Shown: positions 9,484-16,427, counted from the first letter of the stretch. The stretch is 25,748 nt of DNA from an uncultured Ignavibacteriota bacterium (GCA_937915485.1 CALGII010000029.1:1-25748), one strand, 5' to 3'. The notes: generated from the letters alone by a model not told the origin. Program-made: numbers and translations.

Positions 9484-10905
9484 ATGAAAACAACCTCATT
9501 AAAAATAGTTTTTCAAATCGCGCTCATCACTTTGCTCTTCACAAACATTTCTTTTTCGCAATCCAACAATTGGCAACGGATTTATTCAGGTCCTTCTACT
9601 ATTTCTGATTTCAAAACGGAATCTGTGTGTAAAAGCGACGGGGATAATACTATTTTGTTTATAACGGATAACTTCAATCATCGCGAATGTATTTATAAAC
9701 TGAATACATTTGGCGATATTATACAAACTAAATATTATACGGATAGAATCGGAAAAGCGTCAGTATCATCTGGAGACGGAGGGGTGGTTTTTTCAAGTGA
9801 CGCAAACAATCCATATTCTGCAAAAATTGATTTTAATTGTGAAGAAATATGGTTCAAGACCTACAATTTCGGCGGCAGTGGTTCTATCTGCAACGATATT
9901 ATTCGAACTTGTGATGGATTTTTTGTCTTAGCCGGGGGAGGATATGGAATAAAAATAAAAACCAACGGTGATTTTATTTGGAGAAAAGGATATCCGATGG
10001 GGGTGAGCCACGAATTCACAAGCGTTATAGAATGTCCGGATGGAAATTATGTATTTGGCGGTTATGGAAGAGAATTTCTAGGAGCCCCCTTAATCGGAGT
10101 GGTGACAAAAGTCGATACATCTGGAACGGTTATCTGGGAGAAAAAATATTCCTTAAATAGTTTGTATAACTTCAACAATGTAAGAATTACAAAAACAGCA
10201 AATAATTTCTATTTATCTGGTTGGGAATACGAACCGGTTTATGATAAGTGTTATATATCAATTCTCAAATTAGATTTTTCCGGTAATATCATTGATACGT
10301 TTAAATACAATTTTTACAATACAGATAATTATATTACGGATACAAAAGGATTCAACAGCAATAAAATTATTGTTACTTATGTAAGGCAGAGTTTTTATGG
10401 TGACACAGCATTATCATCGGCGTTTATCATCGATACATTGGGCAATGTATTGGTTAACCGCGAATATGGTGGTACTGATTTTACCTGGATTTCAAAAATT
10501 TATCCTATACCTCCAAACACAATATATTTGGTTGGGAATTCAAAGCATATTAGCTTGCATGAACATGCTTATCTAATAAAAACGGATACAACACTATTTG
10601 CACCTCCTGTATCAATACAAAATAGTACTCAAACTGTTCCTGAGAGTTTTTACCTTGAACAGAATTATCCGAACCCGTTTAATAATTCTACTCAAATTAC
10701 TTTTGGGATAATAAAGAAGGGGATTTACAAATTAATGGTTTATGATGTTACGGGGAAACTTGTCGACGAGTTGTTCAATCAGAGTCTTGAACCCGGAGAA
10801 TACAAAACGGATTTCAAAGCGGAGAAACTATCTTCTGGAATTTATTTCTACAGGCTTGAATCAGATAAAGCCCTCATTACAAAGAAATTTGTTTTACTGA
10901 AATAA
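9484..10905 (+). CDS. Secreted 7-bladed beta-propeller-like protein with a type-A T9SS C-terminal sorting domain
   Basis: Signal peptide ...LLFTNISFS|Q. About seven ~45-aa repeats follow the pattern ...DGG/DGN-hydrophobic...K-x-D/N-x-x-G-x-hydrophobic-W-x-K-x-Y. CTD reads FYLEQNYPNPFNNSTQITF...VYDVTGKLV...LSSGIYFYRL...VLLK. Markedly AT-rich relative to its neighbours. Confidence 0.8.
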   Translation: MKTTSLKIVFQIALITLLFTNISFSQSNNWQRIYSGPSTISDFKTESVCKSDGDNTILFITDNFNHRECIYKLNTFGDIIQTKYYTDRIGKASVSSGDGGVVFSSDANNPYSAKIDFNCEEIWFKTYNFGGSGSICNDIIRTCDGFFVLAGGGYGIKIKTNGDFIWRKGYPMGVSHEFTSVIECPDGNYVFGGYGREFLGAPLIGVVTKVDTSGTVIWEKKYSLNSLYNFNNVRITKTANNFYLSGWEYEPVYDKCYISILKLDFSGNIIDTFKYNFYNTDNYITDTKGFNSNKIIVTYVRQSFYGDTALSSAFIIDTLGNVLVNREYGGTDFTWISKIYPIPPNTIYLVGNSKHISLHEHAYLIKTDTTLFAPPVSIQNSTQTVPESFYLEQNYPNPFNNSTQITFGIIKKGIYKLMVYDVTGKLVDELFNQSLEPGEYKTDFKAEKLSSGIYFYRLESDKALITKKFVLLK

Positions 10906-10930
10906 ATATTTCATCAGACCTGTTGATATT

Positions 10931-11252
10931 AGTCCCGTAGGGTCGTTATTATTTTAGAGCAAGCAATTGTGTTGGTTTTAGTCCCGTAGGGACGACATCG
11001 AATAGAAACATAATGTATCGGCAATCAGCCCCGTAGGGGCGGCATCAAATAGAAACATAATGTATCGGCAATAAGCCTCATAGGGGCGGCATCTAATAGA
11101 AATTTGAGATTGATGATTGGCGTAAGCCCCGTAGGGGCGACATCTAATAGAAAATTGAGATTGATGATTGGTATCAGCCCTGTAGGGGCGGCATCTAATA
11201 GATAATGAAGATTGATTATTGGCGTCAGCCCCATAGGGGCGACATCAAATAA
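10931..11252 (+). repeat. Tandem array of 7 REP-like units (period 47-51 bp)
   Basis: Aligned unit positions are 10931, 10980, 11027, 11074, 11125, 11176 and 11227. Core is AGCCCCGTAGGGGCGGCATCTAATAG with variants. The inter-core segments are themselves repeated: AAACATAATGTATCGGCAAT occurs twice, and A(A)ATTGAGATTGATGATTGG-like occurs three times. Confidence 0.85.
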
Positions 11253-11287
11253 AAATTTTTTAAATAGGTCCGGGAGGGCAGCAAATA

Positions 11288-11294
11288 AAGGAGG
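11288..11294 (+). promoter_or_regulatory. Canonical Shine-Dalgarno (AAGGAGG) for the RAYT gene
   Basis: AAGGAGG, then a 6-nt spacer ATTGTC, then ATG at 11301. No other start in the window has a comparable SD. Confidence 0.6.
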
Positions 11295-11300
11295 ATTGTC

Positions 11301-11765
11301 ATGCCGAACGCTTATTCGCAAATTTACATACATATTATTTTTGCCGTTAAGGGACGGAAATGCCATATATCGGAGCAGCATCGAGATGAACTCGAAAAAT
11401 ACATATCCGGTATAATTAATAAATTTAAATGTAAATGTCTTAATATTTATTGTAATCCGGATCACATACACATGCTGATTAGTTTTAGTCCCTGTGTTTC
11501 GATTTCAGAATTGATAAGAATAATAAAATCAAATTCGTCCAAATTTATTAATGAAAAAAGGTGGATGCCGTTCGGATTTTTCTGGCAGGAAGGTTATGGA
11601 GCGTTTTCGTATGCAGAATCACAGATTAAAGCCGTTAAGGATTACATCTCTTCTCAACCGGAGCATCATAAAAAGAAATCCTTCAAAGAAGAATATATTT
11701 CGATATTGAAGAATTTCAATATAGATTTCGATAAGAAATATTTGTTTTTGTGGGATGAGAAATAG
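11301..11765 (+). CDS. HUH/Y1 single-strand DNA transposase, IS200-like / REP-associated tyrosine transposase (RAYT)
   Basis: 154 aa. N-terminal QIYIHIIFAVKGR, HUH motif H55-I-H57 (DHIHML, nt 11463-11471), FWQEGYGAFS, and catalytic Y115 in a YxxxQ context (DYISSQPEHH). These are typical of the Y1_Tnp family. The stop codon abuts the first downstream repeat. Confidence 0.85.
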   Translation: MPNAYSQIYIHIIFAVKGRKCHISEQHRDELEKYISGIINKFKCKCLNIYCNPDHIHMLISFSPCVSISELIRIIKSNSSKFINEKRWMPFGFFWQEGYGAFSYAESQIKAVKDYISSQPEHHKKKSFKEEYISILKNFNIDFDKKYLFLWDEK

Positions 11766-12154
11766 TTATCAGATGCCGCATCGCCACGGCGACCCTACGG
11801 CGCGGCGACCCTACGGCCCGACGGGGCTATGTTTATTCGGACACCGTTTGCTATTCGATGACGCCGGCTATGCCGGCTAAGAGCGCTGAGAATTATCCGA
11901 TGCCGCCCCTACGGGGCTATGTGTTTTCTTACAACATTTGCTATTTGATGACGCCGGCTATGCCGGCTAAGAGCGCTGAGAATTATCCGATGCCGCATCG
12001 CCACGGCGACCCTACGGCCCTGCGGGGCTGTATTTATTAGGACACCGCTTGCTATTCGATGACGCCGGCGATGCCGGCTAAGAGCACCCACTATTATTAG
12101 ATGCTAAGGATATTTGATGTCGAAGCAGCAGTTATTAGATGCCGAAACTACGGC
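11766..12154 (+). repeat. Array of REP-like units in opposite orientation, built on a 90-bp composite repeat
   Basis: Type A (TTATCMGATGCCGC + GCCCC-TAC-GGGGC) at 11766, 11893 and 11983. Type B (CTATTYGATGACGCCGGC-KAT-GCCGGCTAAGAGC) at 11851, 11941 and 12052. 11851-11908 and 11941-11998 differ at 1 of 58 nt. Decayed leaders at 12094, 12111 and 12132. Confidence 0.85.
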
Positions 12155-12198
12155 TATCCATTACTAAAAAGATTCAGAAATCGTTTTTAAGAAATCAA

Positions 12199-12233
12199 AT
12201 TATTAATTACTAATTACTAATTATTAATTACTA
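12199..12233. repeat. Heptanucleotide microsatellite (ATTAYTA)x5
   Basis: ATTATTA ATTACTA ATTACTA ATTATTA ATTACTA, lying between the REP array and the feoB stop codon (12246-12248). Confidence 0.8.
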
Positions 12234-12245
12234 ATTGAATGTGGA

Positions 12246-14270
12246 TTAGTTTATCCCGAAGAATCTCAGGCCGTTGACGGTAAGGAAAGTGAGGAGGTAA
12301 GCGGAGCCGGTATAAATTATTATCTGTAGAACAGGGATTCTCCATACGCCGGTTTCTTTCTTCGTAATCGCGATAGTAGAGATGCATTGAAGAGCAAGCA
12401 TAAAGAAAACAATCAGTCCTGCAGCTGTAGCTGTCGTGAATAGATTTTGCCCCGTACCGTTTATCTTCGCGTTTTTCATCTCATTAATGAGCGACCGGCT
12501 CATATTCTCGTCGGACTCGGTTACCTTGAACATCAATGCAAGCGAACTCACGAATACTTCACGGGCAGCAAATGTCGCTATAAGAGAAACGCCGACGCGC
12601 CAGTCGAGTCCAAGCGGGCGCATTACGGGCTCCATAACCTTCCCGATGTCAGCCGCGTATGAATTTGATATTCTCTCGGATTCAGAAAGTTGAACCGCGA
12701 CCGAATCGCCGTTTGAAACGTCATCCGGATTTGTCTTCACGTCAGCGGGAAAATTTGTAAGAAGCCAGAGCATCAAAGAAAATATAACAATCGTGGGACC
12801 CGCCTTTTGGAGATACTGAACCGCGTTCGAATAAGTGTTCTTCAGAACATTCGATACTTTCGGCACCCTGTAAACCGGGAGTTCCATAATAAACGAAGAA
12901 TTATCTTCGAAATTAAGAAATGTTCTCTTATACCGGTTTATAATTCCCGCCACGATTAAAGAAATGATTACGCCGACAACATAAATCAAAGCGAGAATAA
13001 GTCCGCTCAGAAAATATTTGCCGGGAAAAAGAAAAGCCAGCAGGAGTCCGTAAACAGGGAGTCTTGCGCTGCAACTCATCAGGGGAATTATAAAAATCGT
13101 TAAAATTCTTTCACGCTTGTTCTGAATAGTCCGCGCCGCCATAATAGCGGGAATGGCGCAGGCGAAACCCGAAAGCATAGGAACGAATGACCTTCCGTTA
13201 AGACCGAGAAGAGACAACGGCTTGTCAATAATCATCGCGCCGCGGGCGAGGTAGCCCGAATCTTCGAGCATGCCGAGAACAAAGAAAAGAATCACAATCT
13301 GCGGCAGAAACACGAGCACCACGCCGAGCCCGCCTATAATTCCCTGCGACAGCAAATCCGAAAACCAGTTGTCGCCAAGACCTTCGTTCACGAAATTTTC
13401 AAAATTATGTATTCCCGTGTCAATTAAATCCATTGCGGGGGACGCTATCCAGAATATGGAAGCGAACATCAGAGCCATTATCAATATGAAAATGAATATG
13501 CCCCAGAACTTATGAAGCAGAACGCTGTCGATTTTAAGCGTGAGGCTGTCTGGAATCTTTATCCCTGCTCCGTGTCCCGCGATTACGAGTTCGCGGTTCG
13601 CTTTCGCTATATGCGGATTATTTTCCGAACTGTTGTTTAAGTCACGGAGAACTTTTTTTTCAAGTTCCTCAATTTCCCTGTATATGCAAAGGACGTCTTC
13701 TTCCGTATGGTTTTTTCTGTTCTGTGTTTTTAGTTGTCCGGCGTTCAGGTCATGCTTCAGCATATTTATAAGCGTGTCAACGCCGTCCGGTTTTCTCGGG
13801 TCAAATTTAATAACATTGCAGCCGAGACTGCGGCTCAGTTCAGTTTCATCAATCGTAAAATTCTTTTCTTCGAGCAAATCGTTCATAGTAAGAACGACAA
13901 CAGTATTAAACCCCGAATCAATTATCTGCTTTGCAAGAAGAAGGTGCCTTGAAAACTGAGAAGTGTCAACCGTAACTATAACGAGGTCGGGTTTTCCGTA
14001 ATCGGGATGCGTGTACAAACTATCGATTGTAACTTTTTCGTCGGGTGAAACGGGAATAAGGCTTACGATTCCCGGAGAGTCCATAAGATACGCGCTGATG
14101 CCGTATTGCTCCAGAAATCCCGACACGCTGTATTCAATAGTCGCTCCCGGATAGTTTACGGTTTTATGTTTTTTTCCGCTGAGAAGATTAAATAGAGTGG
14201 TTTTACCCGAATTCGGAGGACCAACGAGCGTGATTAATTTTTTTCTTTCTGTAACGGTATCAGAGTTCAT
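12246..14270 (-). CDS. feoB: Ferrous iron transporter FeoB
   Basis: N-terminal G-domain GPPNSGKTTLFN, DSPGI and NDLL, followed by a polytopic membrane domain (gate motifs ...FLPQIVILFF..., ...GFACAIPAIMAART...). Overlaps feoA by 11 nt. Confidence 0.95.
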   Translation of the reverse strand: MNSDTVTERKKLITLVGPPNSGKTTLFNLLSGKKHKTVNYPGATIEYSVSGFLEQYGISAYLMDSPGIVSLIPVSPDEKVTIDSLYTHPDYGKPDLVIVTVDTSQFSRHLLLAKQIIDSGFNTVVVLTMNDLLEEKNFTIDETELSRSLGCNVIKFDPRKPDGVDTLINMLKHDLNAGQLKTQNRKNHTEEDVLCIYREIEELEKKVLRDLNNSSENNPHIAKANRELVIAGHGAGIKIPDSLTLKIDSVLLHKFWGIFIFILIMALMFASIFWIASPAMDLIDTGIHNFENFVNEGLGDNWFSDLLSQGIIGGLGVVLVFLPQIVILFFVLGMLEDSGYLARGAMIIDKPLSLLGLNGRSFVPMLSGFACAIPAIMAARTIQNKRERILTIFIIPLMSCSARLPVYGLLLAFLFPGKYFLSGLILALIYVVGVIISLIVAGIINRYKRTFLNFEDNSSFIMELPVYRVPKVSNVLKNTYSNAVQYLQKAGPTIVIFSLMLWLLTNFPADVKTNPDDVSNGDSVAVQLSESERISNSYAADIGKVMEPVMRPLGLDWRVGVSLIATFAAREVFVSSLALMFKVTESDENMSRSLINEMKNAKINGTGQNLFTTATAAGLIVFFMLALQCISTIAITKKETGVWRIPVLQIIIYTGSAYLLTFLTVNGLRFFGIN

Positions 14271-14493
14271 CTGGAATAATTACCTCGATACATCTTGCAT
14301 CGTGCTTGCGAATCGCAATCAAAGCGCCGCGAAGCGAAACGGAAAGGGGATCGTTAAAAATAGATTTGTTGACGACCTGAAGTTCCTGCCCTGGTGTAAA
14401 GCCGTACTCAATCACCCTGCAGGAAGAAGGGTGTTTCAAGTCTATATTTTTTATAACGGCGGTCTGCCCGAAATTTAAGTCTGCTACGGTCAT
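14260..14493 (-). CDS. feoA: Ferrous iron transport protein FeoA
   Basis: 77 aa SH3-like FeoA pattern: L..G....I........RV.EYGFTPGQELQVV......DPLSVSLRGALIAIRK.DA..IEV. Confidence 0.85.
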   Translation of the reverse strand: MTVADLNFGQTAVIKNIDLKHPSSCRVIEYGFTPGQELQVVNKSIFNDPLSVSLRGALIAIRKHDARCIEVIIPDEL

Positions 14494-14499
14494 CTTGTT

Positions 14500-14522
14500 T
14501 TATTTAGACTAAATCTAAATAA
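14500..14522. promoter_or_regulatory. Candidate operator: inverted repeat TTATTTAGA-N5-TCTAAATAA in the fur-feoA spacer
   Basis: Perfect 9-bp arms (14500-14508 and 14514-22), 7-29 nt upstream of the feoA ATG. It is AT-rich like Fur boxes but does not match the enterobacterial GATAATGATAATCATTATC consensus. Confidence 0.35.
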
Positions 14523-14546
14523 GATATTCCTCAAAAACAAGTCAAA

Positions 14547-15014
14547 TTACTGTATTTTACAGGGTTGGTTTGTTAAAGTGCAGTTATCCGCGCTCTCGCA
14601 GGCGGCAAATACCTGTATGGAATAATCGGTAAGTTTGAGATTCTTATTCCTGCATACTTTCAGAAGAGTTTTCTCAATAGACTGGTTTTCGAACTCAAGA
14701 ATTTTATTGCAACTAAGGCAGATTATGTGATAGTGGTTTTTCCGTCCGTGTTTAGTTTCGTACCTCGCGCGGTCGCCTTTGAAATTATGCTTCGTCAAAA
14801 TCTTGCAGTTGTTCATGAGTTCAAGCGTGTTATACACGGTCGCCCGCGAAACGCGTATAAAATCGCTTCTCATTTTTGAATAAAGTTCATCGGCGTCGAA
14901 ATGGTTTTCCATCGACAGGGCGGAATCGAGGATAAGAATTCTCTCGTTCGTAATCCTGTGTCCGTTATCTTTCAGATAGGAGATGAATATTTCTTTTAAT
15001 TCTTTTTTTGGCAT
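14547..15014 (-). CDS. fur: Fur-family metalloregulator
   Basis: Winged-helix region ITNERILILDSAL...HFDADELY...ISRATVYNTLELM, HYHIICLSCNKILEF (CxxC) and a Cys-rich C-terminus. Sits directly upstream of feoAB. Confidence 0.85.
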   Translation of the reverse strand: MPKKELKEIFISYLKDNGHRITNERILILDSALSMENHFDADELYSKMRSDFIRVSRATVYNTLELMNNCKILTKHNFKGDRARYETKHGRKNHYHIICLSCNKILEFENQSIEKTLLKVCRNKNLKLTDYSIQVFAACESADNCTLTNQPCKIQ

Positions 15015-15045
15015 AAAAAAATCCCTGAAACAAAATTTCAGGGAT
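15015..15045 (-). terminator. Intrinsic terminator after lat, abutting the fur start codon
   Basis: The minus strand reads ATCCCTGAAA-TTTTG-TTTCAGGGAT-TTTTTT-ATG. This is a 10-bp perfect stem (15021-15030 / 15036-15045) whose T6 runs straight into the fur ATG (15012-15014). Confidence 0.6.
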
Positions 15046-15068
15046 AATATAGTTATTCTAAACGAATT

Positions 15069-16394
15069 TTATAATTTACTAATTAGTTTATCCAGAATAT
15101 TCATTCCTTCGTCTATCTTTTCTGGAGTTACAGTAAGCGGAGGTCTGAACCTAATTGATTTCGGACCGCAGCCGAGTATGAGCATTCCTTCATCGACAGC
15201 GTTCTTGACGATTGCGTTTCTCATATCGGTGTCCTTGACGTCGAAAGCGCAGAACAATCCGAGTCCTCTTCCGTTGCTTACTTTTCCGGGATATTTATTC
15301 TCAAGTTCGTGAATCTTGTCCTGCAGGTATTTGCCCGTGGTTTCGGCGTTCTTCACGAGATTTTCTTCCTCGATAATTTCGAGAATTCTCTTGAACCGGA
15401 ACATATCTACGATGTTGCCGCCCCAGGTCGAGTTGATTCTGCTCGGCTTTTTGAATACGTTCTCTTCAACCTCGTCTATCCTGTCGGTAGAAAGAATGCC
15501 GCACACCTGAGTTTTCTTTCCGAAAGAAATCAGGTCGGGTTTTATGAAATGCTCGTGTGCCCACCATTTACCCGTCATCGCGATGCCGGTCTGGACTTCG
15601 TCGATTATGAACATAATGTCATTCTCGTTGCATATCTGCCTCAACTGCATGAAATACTCTTTCCTGAAATGATTGTCGCCGCCTTCGCCCTGAATCGCTT
15701 CGATAATGAGTCCCGCGATGTCGTCCTTGTTATCGTGTATGGCCTTTTTTATTTCATCGAGAGACTGTTTTTCGAGTTCGATTACTTTCTTCAGATTCTC
15801 TTCATTGAGCGGGAAGGTAATCTTCGGATTCGTAACTCTCGGCCAGTCGAATTTCGGGAAATAATAAATCTTAACAGGGTCAGTATTCGTCAATGACAGC
15901 GTGTAACCCGAGCGTCCGTGAAACGCTTCCTTGAAATGAATAATCTTTTTTCCTTTTTCTTCCTTGTATCCTTTTTGAAAATTCTTCTGCACTTTCCAGT
16001 CGATAGCCGCTTTAATCGTATTCTCGACTGCGAGCGCTCCTCCCTCTATGTAGAACGAATACTTGAAATACGAAGGTACAGCGATATTGAAAAAGGTTTC
16101 GACGAATTCCGCCTGTTCTTTCGCGTAGATGTCGGAGAGGGAAGGTTTGTTAAGCGCAATCCTGCCGATTTCCATAATGAACTTCTCGTCATTAAGTTTA
16201 GGATGGTTCATGCCGAGCGGACTCGAGGCGACGAATGTAAAGAAATCGAGCATTCTTTTGCCCCGTTTCGAATCGAAGAGATATCCGTCTTTCGATTCTT
16301 TCAGGTCCAGCGTCATGTCGAATCCGTCAACAAGCATTCTTTTCCTCAGTACATCCTGAACTTCTTCCGGTTTGATGCTGTGTCTTTTAATCAT
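15069..16394 (-). CDS. lat: L-lysine 6-transaminase (class-III PLP aminotransferase)
   Basis: Full-length resemblance, from memory, to actinobacterial and Flavobacterium lysine epsilon-aminotransferase. Motifs: MLVDGFDMTLDL, FTFVASSPLGMNHP, FHGRSGYTLSLTNT, FPKFDWPR, EAIQGEGGDNHFR, FIIDEVQTG, SFGKKTQVCG (PLP Lys), NSTWGGN, RFRPPLTV. Confidence 0.85.
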   Translation of the reverse strand: MIKRHSIKPEEVQDVLRKRMLVDGFDMTLDLKESKDGYLFDSKRGKRMLDFFTFVASSPLGMNHPKLNDEKFIMEIGRIALNKPSLSDIYAKEQAEFVETFFNIAVPSYFKYSFYIEGGALAVENTIKAAIDWKVQKNFQKGYKEEKGKKIIHFKEAFHGRSGYTLSLTNTDPVKIYYFPKFDWPRVTNPKITFPLNEENLKKVIELEKQSLDEIKKAIHDNKDDIAGLIIEAIQGEGGDNHFRKEYFMQLRQICNENDIMFIIDEVQTGIAMTGKWWAHEHFIKPDLISFGKKTQVCGILSTDRIDEVEENVFKKPSRINSTWGGNIVDMFRFKRILEIIEEENLVKNAETTGKYLQDKIHELENKYPGKVSNGRGLGLFCAFDVKDTDMRNAIVKNAVDEGMLILGCGPKSIRFRPPLTVTPEKIDEGMNILDKLISKL

Positions 16395-16427
16395 AAAACT
16401 TCTGAATTTAAGTTATTGACTTGTGAA

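Larger units (their letters stand above)
10931..12154. mobile_element. REP/RAYT-type locus: Y1 transposase gene flanked by inverted arrays of hairpin repeats
   Basis: Left array 10931-11252 reads hairpin then GGCATCTAATAG on the + strand. Right array 11766-12154 is the reverse complement (TTATCCGATGCCGC then hairpin). The leader side faces the gene on both flanks. No TnpB and no defined single IS ends. Confidence 0.6.

Noticed and set aside
10931-11252. CRISPR array (about 27-bp repeats at a regular ~50-bp spacing)
   Set aside because: The 'spacers' are not unique. They fall into two repeated families, one pair identical over 20 nt. The repeats are degenerate rather than near-identical, no cas genes are nearby, and the same motif occurs inverted on the other side of a Y1 transposase gene. 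A tandem REP array explains all of this.
11301-11765. An ordinary active IS200/IS605 insertion sequence
   Set aside because: There is no tnpB and no single left-end/right-end hairpin pair. Instead there are multi-copy arrays and a dispersed solo copy, which fits the RAYT/REP model better. This cannot be fully excluded without a genome-wide copy count.
11025-12091. Track ORFs 11025..11471(-), 11212..11415(+), 11858..12040(+) and 11909..12091(-) as real genes
   Set aside because: They are read straight through the repeat arrays, which produces periodic low-complexity peptides. They also overlap the well-supported RAYT CDS and its SD.
15043-15058. GATAATATAGTTATTC upstream of fur as a classical Fur box
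   Set aside because: It contains one GATAAT hexamer, but the segment is not palindromic and matches the 19-bp consensus poorly. It also overlaps the 3' arm of the terminator hairpin. This is too weak to call.
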